Assembly: GCA_020048285.1 (NCBI GenBank)
Contig: JAIFMU010000119.1
Location: 1-20,000 of the forward strand
Direction: 5' to 3'
Source: a bacterium
GTDB lineage: Bacteria > Fibrobacterota > Chitinivibrionia > Chitinivibrionales > Chitinivibrionaceae
DNA: 20,000 nucleotides
Part shown: positions 1 through 8,900 of the stretch, in pieces
Layout: each line of letters begins with the position of its first letter
How positions within the stretch are numbered: the first letter of the stretch is position 1
The notes under the pieces: generated by a model
What the model saw: only the letters and a program-made list of their open reading frames with translations
Database searches by the model: none
What the model was told of the DNA's origin: nothing
Program-made: the position numbers and the translations under genes

Positions 1-656
1 TTCGCATGGACAAACCCGTCGAAGTGGCCGGTGCTCTCTTTGAATATTTCGAAGAGCGTCTGAAAATCACCAAGGATGAAAATGCGTGGGCGGTGGCTCA
101 AGGACTTGCGGCTCAGGCAGAATATCTTGAAACTCAGCGGAAATCCTTTACCGAAGCGATGAACAATCTGATCGACAACGATAAAATCGGGCTTCTTTTG
201 GTGGGCCACCCCTATCACCACGATCCGGGCCTAAACCATGGAATCCCCGAAGAGTTCCGCAAGCTCGGCTATCCGGTCTTTACGGTGGAATCTCTTCCGG
301 TGAGCGATGAGTTTCTTGCTCCGCTCTTTCCAGAACTGACGGAAAAGCATGGCTACTTTGATATCAGTGATGTGTGGCAGCGAAATTTCAATCGAAACAC
401 GAACCACAAGATTTGGGCAGCAAAGATTGCGGCTCGCCATCCGAATCTCGCCGTGATCGACCTGAGCAGTTTCAAGTGCGGCCACGATGCTCCGACCTAC
501 GCCTATGTGGATCAGATTCTCGATTCGACGGAAACGGCTCACTTTATGTTCCACGATATCGATCAGAACCGCCCCGGTGCATCGTTCAAGATCCGTATCC
601 AGACCATCGACTACTTCCTGAAACAGGAAGAGGAGAAGCTTCGGTCTAAATCGTGA
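1..656 (+). CDS. 3' part of a gene running in from upstream of the window (in-frame ATG at 6 is probably internal). It resembles the C-terminal domain found in CoA-substrate-specific enzyme activase / acyl-CoA dehydratase partner proteins (DUF2229-like).
   Basis: The ORF is open from the window edge to TGA at 654-656. It has conserved-looking motifs (VGHPYHHDPGLNHGIPEEFRKLGYPVFTVESLP, DLSSFKCGHDAPTYAYVDQIL). Its neighbour at 1790 is an HGD-D-like gene, with which this family is typically partnered. Family call is from memory, not from a search. Confidence 0.45.
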   Translation, partial: RMDKPVEVAGALFEYFEERLKITKDENAWAVAQGLAAQAEYLETQRKSFTEAMNNLIDNDKIGLLLVGHPYHHDPGLNHGIPEEFRKLGYPVFTVESLPVSDEFLAPLFPELTEKHGYFDISDVWQRNFNRNTNHKIWAAKIAARHPNLAVIDLSSFKCGHDAPTYAYVDQILDSTETAHFMFHDIDQNRPGASFKIRIQTIDYFLKQEEEKLRSKS

Positions 657-660
657 TATA

Positions 661-684
661 TTCCCGGGGATGAATCCCCGGGCT
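661..684 (+). terminator. GC-rich hairpin CCCGGGGA-TGAA-TCCCCGGG directly after the stop codon of the upstream gene. No U-tract follows, so it is terminator-like at best.
   Basis: Perfect 8-bp inverted repeat with a 4-nt loop, read directly from the sequence. The downstream flank (cttcgat) is not T-rich. Confidence 0.35.
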
Positions 685-748
685 TCGATAGAATGTCACC
701 CTTGGGGTTTGGGCTCAATCCGGTAGGATTCAACTGTATTGTAGACCC

Positions 749-766
749 GGAATTTATTCCGGGGAA
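749..766. repeat. Copy 1 of an 18-bp perfect direct repeat, cggaatttattccgggga. It contains the palindrome CGGAAT-TT-ATTCCG.
   Basis: The identical 18-mer recurs at 1758-1775, about 1 kb downstream. The internal inverted repeat (6-7 bp arms, 2-bp spacer) has operator-like symmetry. Confidence 0.6.
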
Positions 767-804
767 TGGATATTTGTAATACAATTTGAAATTCGAATTC
801 GGAT

Positions 805-820
805 CTTTTGAGGACAAAAG
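805..820 (+). other. Hairpin CTTTTG-AGGA-CAAAAG (6-bp stem, AGGA tetraloop).
   Basis: Perfect inverted repeat. The loop sequence is the same as in the two hairpins at 1673-1686 and 1699-1716. Confidence 0.4.
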
Positions 821-946
821 GTGTCCGGCAGATTGTTTTGGTCGGCCGGAATACAGCCGAGCCAAAACGCCGGCACCTTTCGTAACGCAATCCTTCGGAT
901 TCCCCCCAAACCCCCGGCGGGGGCTTAAATCGGGAATCCGAAAACC

Positions 947-1027
947 GATTTTCTGGATCTGACGGGGATTTTCTGGATCTGACGAGGATTTTCGGGATCT
1001 GACGAGGATTTTCGGGATCGGATAAGG
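947..1027. repeat. Tandem array of four 20-21-bp units, consensus GATTTTCKGGATCTGACGRG. Each unit carries one GATC. A T9 homopolymer follows at 1029-1037.
   Basis: Units at 947-967, 968-987, 988-1007 and 1008-1027 are read directly from the sequence, giving GATC sites phased at 20 bp. The array ends about 90 bp upstream of the small AT-rich ORF. Confidence 0.7.
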
Positions 1028-1115
1028 ATTTTTTTTTGCCTGATCGGAAGAAAATGCGGTGTCTATATTTTTAATAGAACTATCCCAACGATTCCAATTT
1101 TTATTGAAAGATGTT

Positions 1116-1484
1116 ATGAAAACTTTAATATTAATCTTAATGTTGCTTTGTATTTCATGCAAGAATGAAATCAAAACGGGAAATTATTTAAATGATATTT
1201 ATTCATCAACAAAAAGTTTAAATCTTTGCAATCTAACTCAATTTAAATGGGACAGTGTCAATATTAATTATGTTGAAAACTCAACAGCGCGAGACCGAAA
1301 ATTCTCTACAGATTTTCATTTTTATCATGAAAAGAAAATCGTGTACCAAGAGTCTATTGACATGCTCGCAATTACCTCAAGAATCAAAAAGATATCCTAT
1401 CTCAGATCAGAAACAAATTTTAAAATATTATGGGATAAGTCATATACAATTGGTGCAATAATTAAATGCGATACTTGTGACTAA
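1116..1484 (+). CDS. Small (122 aa), very AT-rich ORF for a secreted or lipoprotein-like protein of unknown function.
   Basis: The N-terminus MKTLILILMLLCISCKN has a signal-peptide character with Cys residues at positions 12 and 15 (non-canonical lipobox). GC content is far below the flanking DNA. The six-frame ORF (1059-1484) is trimmed here to the internal ATG that precedes the hydrophobic segment. The ribosome-binding site is weak. Confidence 0.4.
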   Translation: MKTLILILMLLCISCKNEIKTGNYLNDIYSSTKSLNLCNLTQFKWDSVNINYVENSTARDRKFSTDFHFYHEKKIVYQESIDMLAITSRIKKISYLRSETNFKILWDKSYTIGAIIKCDTCD

Positions 1485-1504
1485 TTTGAGATTTCGGGGG
1501 CGTT

Positions 1505-1521
1505 GCGGGGGTGTCCCCCGC
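1505..1521 (+). terminator. Hairpin GCGGGGG-TGT-CCCCCGC, about 20 bp after the stop of the small ORF. No U-tract follows. It lies inside a G-tract-rich stretch (1495-1600).
   Basis: Perfect 7-bp inverted repeat with a 3-nt loop. The surrounding sequence has runs GGGGG, GGGGG, GGGTGGGG, GGCGGG, GGGGGG and GGGG on the + strand. Confidence 0.35.
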
Positions 1522-1672
1522 TTGGGTGGGGAAGCAAAGACCGACTTTGTGAGGAACAAACAAAGGCGGGCTGAAGCGGGGGGAGGGGCGAAGCATCCCT
1601 ACCCCGAAAGAGAAAAACAATGAAGGTTGTGGTAAGCAATCGGATTGATATAAATACAACTAAAAACCAAAT

Positions 1673-1716
1673 TGAGGCAGGAGCCTCACGATGGGCATTC
1701 CAAGGCAGGAGCCTTG
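1673..1716 (+). ncRNA. Two adjacent hairpins with identical AGGA loops: GAGGC-AGGA-GCCTC (1673-1686) and CCAAGGC-AGGA-GCCTTGG (1699-1716). A third small hairpin, CATCC-GCAT-GGATG, lies just downstream. This is a candidate structured RNA element or regulatory site.
   Basis: Perfect inverted repeats were read directly. The GGA-in-loop hairpin architecture is what CsrA/RsmA-type proteins recognise. This is a structural observation only; expression is unknown. Confidence 0.3.
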
Positions 1717-1757
1717 GAACGAGATTCATCCGCATGGATGTAATTAACTATTAGCCT

Positions 1758-1775
1758 CGGAATTTATTCCGGGGA
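1758..1775. repeat. Copy 2 of the 18-bp direct repeat cggaatttattccgggga, ending 14 bp upstream of the ATG at 1790.
   Basis: Identical to 749-766. It sits immediately 5' of the RBS-like aacagggaac. Confidence 0.6.
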
Positions 1776-1789
1776 AACAGGGAACAAAC

Positions 1790-3217
1790 ATGACTATAAA
1801 AGCACCAAAGACCGTCCAAACAGAGAACTGGCAGGGATACAAAAATCCCGTTTGGCACAAAAAAGACAAAAAGAACGTTACCATTCTCTACAACATGATC
1901 GAACGACGGAAATCGTTTTTCCTTCGTGCCTACATGGAACGCAACGGCTACAACTATGTGGATCTTGGCGATCACGTCAAAGAGGATGTGCAGTTCGGGC
2001 GGGAATGGGGAACGCGGATGCAGTGCAATCCGATCTATTTCACTGCCGGTGCGATTATCCGCAATCTCCTTCGGATCGAAAAAGAGACAGGTCTTTCCAA
2101 AGAGAAGATCGTAAACGACTATGTGTTCCTCGGCGGAGGCGGTCAGTGCGGCCCCTGCCGCTACGGCATGTATCCTCAGGAGTATATGAAAGTTGCCAAT
2201 TCGGCGGGATTCAAAGATTTCCGATTCCTGATTTTCAACTCGGACATTATTCAGGATCCACCGATCCCCAAGGAAGCGGCGTTTCAGTTCGATGTGGGCT
2301 TTAAAGTCAACTTTATGCTGAGCTTTATTCTCGCGGACTTTATGCATATCGCCGAATGTGCACTTCGCCCCTATGCGATGGACAAAGAAGCGGCTTTGAA
2401 AACAATCACTCAGTGCGAAGAGATGATTCTCGAAACATTCAAGAGCAAACTCTATCTCTTTAAACTTCCCGGAGTGTTGCGGAAAGTCGGTAAGATTCTC
2501 GCGGCGGTTCCTCGCAAGGATATCAAGCTTCCGCAGATCTTTATCACCGGCGAAATCTTCGCAAATATGGCTCACAACGATGGAAACTACAACCTTCGCC
2601 GGTTCATCATGGACGAAGGTGGTGAAGTTCTTCCGGGGATCTTTTCCCAGCGAGGTTCTTACGAAGGGTGGCGTCGTATCAAGGAAGCGGAACGGAAAAT
2701 CCAGTACGCCGCTTCGCCAAAAGAGAAACGATACTGGCAGATCTATTCGTTCCGCCAGAAGATCTCCTACAATCTGGTGAAAAAGGCGTACGCGTGGCTT
2801 GAAAAAGCAATTGATCCGAAACAGTTCGGCGGAAAATCGGAGATGCACGATGTGGCGGAGCTGGCGAAAATCGGCGATGAACACTACAACACGCTCATTT
2901 TCGGCGGTGAAGGAAACATCGAGATCGGTGAAGCGATCTACTATCAGGACAAAATCGATGGATTTGTTTCGGTTAAACCGTTCGGCTGTATGCCTTCAAG
3001 CGGCGTGAGCGATGGTGTTCAGTCGAAAATTATCGGCATGTATCCGCATCTCAATTTCCTCTCGATCGAAACCTCCGGCGACAATGAAGTGAACATTCTT
3101 TCGCGCGTTTCCATGATGCTGTTCAAAGCAAAACAGCGGATGAAAGAGCGTGAGATGGGAGTTAAACCGGTGGTGGATGCTTCGAATCTGGATATCATAA
3201 CGACCTGTCGGGAGTAG
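1790..3217 (+). CDS. Protein of the 2-hydroxyacyl-CoA dehydratase (HGD-D / HgdB-like) family.
   Basis: 475-aa ORF preceded by agggaacaaacATG. It has a Cys-rich motif, GGGGQCGPCRYGMY, and further conserved cysteines typical of Fe-S dehydratase components. The family call is from memory. Confidence 0.55.
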   Translation: MTIKAPKTVQTENWQGYKNPVWHKKDKKNVTILYNMIERRKSFFLRAYMERNGYNYVDLGDHVKEDVQFGREWGTRMQCNPIYFTAGAIIRNLLRIEKETGLSKEKIVNDYVFLGGGGQCGPCRYGMYPQEYMKVANSAGFKDFRFLIFNSDIIQDPPIPKEAAFQFDVGFKVNFMLSFILADFMHIAECALRPYAMDKEAALKTITQCEEMILETFKSKLYLFKLPGVLRKVGKILAAVPRKDIKLPQIFITGEIFANMAHNDGNYNLRRFIMDEGGEVLPGIFSQRGSYEGWRRIKEAERKIQYAASPKEKRYWQIYSFRQKISYNLVKKAYAWLEKAIDPKQFGGKSEMHDVAELAKIGDEHYNTLIFGGEGNIEIGEAIYYQDKIDGFVSVKPFGCMPSSGVSDGVQSKIIGMYPHLNFLSIETSGDNEVNILSRVSMMLFKAKQRMKEREMGVKPVVDASNLDIITTCRE

Positions 3218-3360
3218 ATCGCTCCCTGAGCTTGTCGAAGGGAGTTCATTTCGACAGGCTCAACGACCATAAATCGGTTGGGAGAAATCCCCGCCGATTT
3301 TCTTTACAAACAACAGCCAAAGTCGTACTATTTCAGATAAACCAGTTTTAAGGAGAACCA

Positions 3361-3747
3361 ATGTACTATATCAAAGAATCCGCAAAATCGTTTGAAATCA
3401 CCGCAGAAGATCTTGCAACTGCCGTCCCGGAACAGGGATTCGGTGTACTTCACATTCACGATCTTGGAAATACCCTTCGAAATAAAGGGCAGAGTTTCAG
3501 CGAAGAGTGCCGCGTGTTCGAAGTGTGCAATCCAGTCTATGCATCAAAAGTTCTTGCGCAGGATATTCGCCTAAACATGGCTCTCCCCTGCCGTATTTCG
3601 GTCTACACAGAACTGGGATCGGTAAAAGTAGCCATGATCCTACCGCAGGAGATGCTCACCGCGCTTTCCAATGATCCAATAATTCAATCTGCCGCGGCAG
3701 AAGTTCAGACTAAACTTAAAACGATTATTGATAAGGCAATTCAGTAA
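3361..3747 (+). CDS. Protein of the DUF302 family.
   Basis: 128-aa ORF with RBS aaggagaaccaATG. Motifs GFGVLHIHDLGNTLRNKG and CNPVYASKVL...PCRISVYTE match my memory of the DUF302 family. Confidence 0.6.
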   Translation: MYYIKESAKSFEITAEDLATAVPEQGFGVLHIHDLGNTLRNKGQSFSEECRVFEVCNPVYASKVLAQDIRLNMALPCRISVYTELGSVKVAMILPQEMLTALSNDPIIQSAAAEVQTKLKTIIDKAIQ

Positions 3748-3770
3748 AATCAAATATTTAAGGAGTTATA

Positions 3771-5195
3771 ATGCGTTCACTCTCCCTTTTAGCAATTATC
3801 ACCATGTCAACCATGGCTCAAATTACCCCACAGGTAATCGTGGGTACCGATGCAGCCAAAGAGTACCGGATCAACACCGCCGATGACAATTCACTTCGCA
3901 CGAGAACAGCAATTATTCCGTTCACTCACATTAAAGTCGCTGAGATTTCCGGTCTGATCCGCAAGCAACTTTCCGTCTATGGGAATGTGACGCTCAATAC
4001 GGTATCAAACGAACTGATTGTCACCGATGAAGTTCGCAAACTGGAAAATATCGTTGCGGTCTGCAAATCTCTCGACAAAAAAGAGATGGAGAACTATCAG
4101 GCACGCCGTTCTGAACGAATCGCGGTTCAGTACGGGAAAGCATCTGAACTGGCGGGAGTCCTTGCAAACTTTCTCACGTCCGAAGGTTCAATCTCCGTTG
4201 ACAACAATTTTAATGCGCTGATCGTCACTGACCATCCCGAAGGAATCGCCAAGGTTCAAGATCAGCTGAAAAAGTTCGATGCTCCACAAAAACAGGTGGT
4301 GATCGATGTAGAAATCGTTGAAGTGGAATGGGGAAAACTGGAAGAAAATGGCATCGACTGGGATAAACTTCTCTCTTCGACATGGATAAATGCATCGACC
4401 CACAAGAGCGGCGCCGAAGCAATCTCAAATATTCTCGTTGAAAAAGAGGGCTCAACCTCTCAGAAAATTGCGGGGATCGAAGCGGGAATTTCTGTAGACA
4501 ATCTTTCGTCAGTCATCAAATTTATGCAGGAAAAAGGTGGCGCGAAGATTCTTGCCACTCCAAAACTGGTGACTGTTACCGGCAAACAGGCTTCGCTCTG
4601 GTATGGTGAAGATATTCGGGAACGCGGGATTATTCCGATAAATAGTTCACGTCAGAAAATCGAACCAAGTGGTACCTACGGAGTTGTAAGCCGTGTTCAA
4701 AATCATGCCGATTCTGCTAATTCTCCTTATTCAGGATCTTATAGCTATAATGCGAATACAACGAACTATCCTGCTAACTACAGCGGAAGTAGTTTGAGTA
4801 ACGTCACTCTTCAACGCACTGCCGGCCTTGATCTGCGAATCACCCCAACTCTTGGCGAAAGCGATCTGGTGAGTCTCGATTTCAACTGTGAACTGACCTC
4901 AATTCGCAGCTGGACACCTCAGGGAAATCCTCTCGTCACCGGTCAGGAGATCAACTCTTCGCTGATCGGAAAGATCGGTAAACCACTGCTGATTGGCGGA
5001 CTGAAACGAACAACCACGGTGGAAAAGAAAAAGCGCATTCCCGGACTCGGCCATATTCTTCCATTCCTTTTCTCGCGTACCGTGAGCGAAACAAAGGAAA
5101 CAGAACTAGCGATCCTGTTGACACCAAAAGTGGTTGATCTATCTACCGTAGTTCCCCGCCCTCAAGTGTTTGAAGAAACTGCAGAATTGAATTAA
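3771..5195 (+). CDS. Secretin-family outer-membrane channel (GspD/PilQ-like) with an N-terminal signal peptide.
   Basis: RBS aaggagttataATG and signal peptide MRSLSLLAIITMSTMAQ. The C-terminal secretin signature includes ILATPKLVTVTGKQA, GGLKRTTTVEKKKRIPGLGHILPFLFSRTVSETKETELAILLTPKVV and the N-domain segment NALIVTD. No other type II secretion or pilus genes are in the window. Confidence 0.7.
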   Translation: MRSLSLLAIITMSTMAQITPQVIVGTDAAKEYRINTADDNSLRTRTAIIPFTHIKVAEISGLIRKQLSVYGNVTLNTVSNELIVTDEVRKLENIVAVCKSLDKKEMENYQARRSERIAVQYGKASELAGVLANFLTSEGSISVDNNFNALIVTDHPEGIAKVQDQLKKFDAPQKQVVIDVEIVEVEWGKLEENGIDWDKLLSSTWINASTHKSGAEAISNILVEKEGSTSQKIAGIEAGISVDNLSSVIKFMQEKGGAKILATPKLVTVTGKQASLWYGEDIRERGIIPINSSRQKIEPSGTYGVVSRVQNHADSANSPYSGSYSYNANTTNYPANYSGSSLSNVTLQRTAGLDLRITPTLGESDLVSLDFNCELTSIRSWTPQGNPLVTGQEINSSLIGKIGKPLLIGGLKRTTTVEKKKRIPGLGHILPFLFSRTVSETKETELAILLTPKVVDLSTVVPRPQVFEETAELN

Positions 5196-5222
5196 TACCA
5201 ATAGCTAATTGTAACGATTCAT

Positions 5223-5867
5223 ATGGGCATTTCAAACGGAATGCCTGTTTTATTAAAGACTAACGGGAATGGAATGAACAGAGAAGAACGGCGAGCAATA
5301 CGCAACTATCACACTAGTCGTCAGGGAGATGATGCACATCAGCAGGGGTGGCGTTCACAATTTCATCAGACGATACGATTTGAACAGTTTTGCAACTCTA
5401 CAGATTTTTCTAACTGTTCGATACTCGATCTAAGTTGTGGCAAAGGCGACTTTTATCAGTATGTGCGAAAACGGTTTGCGGGTATCTGCTACACGGGAAT
5501 CGATCTGATCGGATCATTTGTGAACGAAGCCATTGCGCGATATGCAAACCATTCGCAGGCAACATTCATTCACGGCGATTTTCTCATGGGATCACTCCCT
5601 TCGGCGGACTGGATAATCGCTTCGGGAAGTCTCAACTACGCCACTGAAGATCGCAATCATCCGTATGAAATTATTCGCGCCATGTGGGATTCCTCGAATA
5701 AAGGAGTGATGTGTAATCTTTTGGATTCACAAACATTCACCGGAACGAGAATTCTTACTAGCTTCTCCCCAACTATTCTGAACGACTATTGCAAAACATT
5801 TGCCCGATCAGTTCAGTGCATTGAAGGCTATCTTCAAGATGATTTCACGATCATATTGCGGAAATAA
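5223..5867 (+). CDS. Class I SAM-dependent methyltransferase. The true start may be the internal ATG at 5274 (MNREERRAI...).
   Basis: It has motif I ILDLSCGKGDF, the post-I acidic GIDL, motif II FIHGDF and motif III ADWIIASGSLNY. The substrate cannot be inferred. Confidence 0.55.
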   Translation: MGISNGMPVLLKTNGNGMNREERRAIRNYHTSRQGDDAHQQGWRSQFHQTIRFEQFCNSTDFSNCSILDLSCGKGDFYQYVRKRFAGICYTGIDLIGSFVNEAIARYANHSQATFIHGDFLMGSLPSADWIIASGSLNYATEDRNHPYEIIRAMWDSSNKGVMCNLLDSQTFTGTRILTSFSPTILNDYCKTFARSVQCIEGYLQDDFTIILRK

Positions 5868-5962
5868 ACTGCGATTATGAAATCACCAACATTTTGAAAT
5901 CAATTTTTTGATCTCATACGAAAGTCTGAAAACTCTTCCATGCACATTCCGGAAATTGGTAT

Positions 5963-8900
5963 CTATACTTCACTCAGTTTTTGTTCCAAAGCGATCTTAT
6001 CCGCCTCAGACATCAACTGTTTCAGCGCACTCAATGATACAAACACCGCCTTTTGAAGCTTTTTCAGTTTGTCTTGTTGCTCAGTCATCGCTTTAAGCAC
6101 CGGCGCCACAGAAGCCTGAACTTCGCGGTTGTGCGATTCCACAAGCGCGGAAATCGATGCATCAGACGTGGCATTCCCCTGAACCGCCACAGGTGACGAG
6201 GCTTTCAACAATGCTGTGATCTGTTTAATTGTATCATCGGTGAATGAAATTTTCGAAAGATCATCGCCAGATTTTGCGGCGTTGATTGTGGCAATCAGTT
6301 CGCGGATTCCCTTGAGCGAATCGCCGAATCCCGCCATCTGAAGAACCATTTGGCCAACCATGTCATCTTCCTGAAGGAGCTTGTTTTTCCCATAGGTATC
6401 CTTGATTGCATTCCAGCGAATCAGATCGTCGCCAGCAAGTTTCCCCACAATCTCTTTCCACTTGAGAAGGTTCGCTTCGGCACCGGAAGTGAGTGTTTGC
6501 GAATCATTTTCGTAACTCTGCTGAATCAACAAATCCAGTTCCGCATCGTTCATTACGGGAAGTACTTTTTCCGCAATTTTGTTCATGTTTCGGTACGACC
6601 CCTGCAGCTTGAACGATGGCTCTGTTCTAAACTCATCGGCCTGCGCTGCAGAATAGATGTACTGCATGTTCACGCTGAGCACTACATCGCGCACTTTCAA
6701 CATTTTTTTCAAAACCGTTAGATACTCCTGAACCTCGATTGGCGAGTAATTTCCTTCGAGATCGATCCCATCGGTTCGTCCATCCACAGCCGAATCAATT
6801 AACGTATACACGTCTTTCTGACTGCGGGTCATAAGTGAATTCATAATCGGATTTGAGGTTAGGGCATTTTCGAGATACGACAGTTTGAACGCCGATTCAT
6901 TTGCGCTGAGCATGTCACCCAAGTTGTACGTGTCAGCGCGGTTAGCCAGCATATCTGGAATCTGAAACTTCTCACCACTTTCAGTGTAGGGGTTTCCGGC
7001 CATGACAACAGCGACTTTTTTCCCGCGAAGATCATAGGTTCGGCTGATCCCGTTGTACACACCTTCAATTCGACGCTGACCGTCACAGAGAGATATGAAT
7101 TTCTGCAGGAACTCAGGATTACAGTGTTGAATATCATCAACATAGATCATCACATTATTACCCATTTCAAGGGCGAGGTTGAGTTTTTTCACCTCTTCAC
7201 GCGCTCCCGCATTGGGTGCCGATGTGGGATCGAGAGAGGTAACTTCGTGCCCCAATGCCGGACCGTTGATTTTCATGAAAATCAATCCCAATCGGCTGGC
7301 GATGTACTCCATAATCGTTGTTTTACCGTAACCGGGAGGTGAAATCAAAAGCAGCATCCCCATGAGGTCGGTGCGCTTGTTTTCGCCCACGGTTCCGATC
7401 TGTTTGGCGAAATTATCGCCGATAAGCGGAAGGTATACTTCGTTGATCAACCGATTGCGCACAAAGGAAGTAAGTACACGAGGCCGAAACTCTTCGAGGC
7501 GAAGTTCTTTGCGGAATGCATCAACCACCGCTTTTTTCGTCTCCTGATAGGTGTACCAAAGTGTAACCGTAACCGCGCTAAATGCACTCAGTTTCTCCAT
7601 GAATCCGGTGTAGGAAATAGCGTAGTTCCCTCCAGAGACCACCGTGTGATTTCCAATCAATCCAGTCACTGATATTTTCGTAGGAACTTCGATCACATTG
7701 CGAATATTGTACGAATCAGCCAAAAGAAGCTGAGCTGTTTCGGGGATAAACTCGGCGCGGTCCACAATGTTTGACTCAGCCGTATACGCTTCGAGCCATT
7801 CGAGGATCAATCCAAATTTCGCGGAAATTGAAGTTTCCAATTCAGCAAGCGACTCTTTGAAAACCGATTCGCCCCGCTTCTGCTTGAGCACTTCGCTGAA
7901 CCCCTTGTAGAGTTCTGAAGCCTCCGAAGAGATCACAAAGGTTTCACCGCGCATCTGTTCGCGACAGAGATAGTGCGCCGCTTCCAATGAAGTAGCACTT
8001 TCAAAATGACCGAATTCTGCGAGGAATGCCGCGAGAGCCGGTTTGATCTGCTGCGCATAACTGAGGATTGTCTTTTTAGTGCTGAACAACTGAGAAACTT
8101 TGTGGACACCGCGTAGGCGTGCGGCGAACAGTTTTTTGTCGGCGTCGCTGATCCCGAAATCCCAAAAAAGTTGAGCTGCAGTACGCGCGGTAGCCGGGAA
8201 CGTCAGTAGATCCAACGATGTATGAAGTTTGATCAGTTCCGTCAGGATTTTCGCCGTATCGCCATCGTGAATCCCCTTGATGTACCCTTCCTGAAGGCGC
8301 GTGGACATAAATTTCTGCACGTAATCCGCCAACTCTTCGCCGGTGAGATTCGCTAGTTCGGACAGTTCTCCCGATTTTTCAGCCGATTCAAGGATCGTGA
8401 AGGCCAAATATTCAGAACGATAGATTTGGTCGTTCTCCGAAGGCATTTCCTGTTTCCACACTGCTTTGAGCGAATCAAGCGCAGGACTTTCAACCTTTTG
8501 TTTGAAATCAGTGCCAGTGAGAAGGAACCAGTGGCCATCGTCGCGCTGAACCATGGTGAGATCAAGTTCTTGTGCATTCACTGAGAATTTATGTTTGCCA
8601 AACTTGACGACATTCGTTCCCTCTTCGAACAGCTCCTGCTTGTCCTTCAGTTGACGAACAGCTTCCTCTTTTGAGCTCTTTATCTGACTCTGAAGGTCAT
8701 CGGCTTTCACCGAATCACCCAGTTTGTTCAGCTCTTCCACGTTGTCGCGAACCTTTTCAATCATAAGATCCGTGGCGAAATATCCGTTGATTTCGTTAAT
8801 CGTGGTGAAATTTTTCAGGCGATTCTTAATCCCGGCGATAATCCGTTCCGAAGCCTGCATGATTGCGCCGGCACGCTTGTTCCGTTTTTCCACCAAGGAG

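Noticed and set aside
611-1174. A 187-aa minus-strand ORF spanning the structured intergenic region.
   Set aside because: It crosses hairpins and the tandem array, has no recognisable start context, and its composition is low-complexity. It is most likely non-coding.
1852-2304. A 150-aa Arg-rich alternative-frame ORF inside the HGD-D-like gene. The same applies to the 6350-6721 and 10718-11215 antisense ORFs inside the giant gene.
   Set aside because: These are nested in better-supported long ORFs, have biased composition, and show no independent signals.
5868-5962. A convergent terminator between the SAM-MTase and giant ATPase genes.
   Set aside because: There is only a weak AT-rich imperfect hairpin (gaaatcaa-tttt-ttgatctc). 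The evidence is not strong enough for a feature call.
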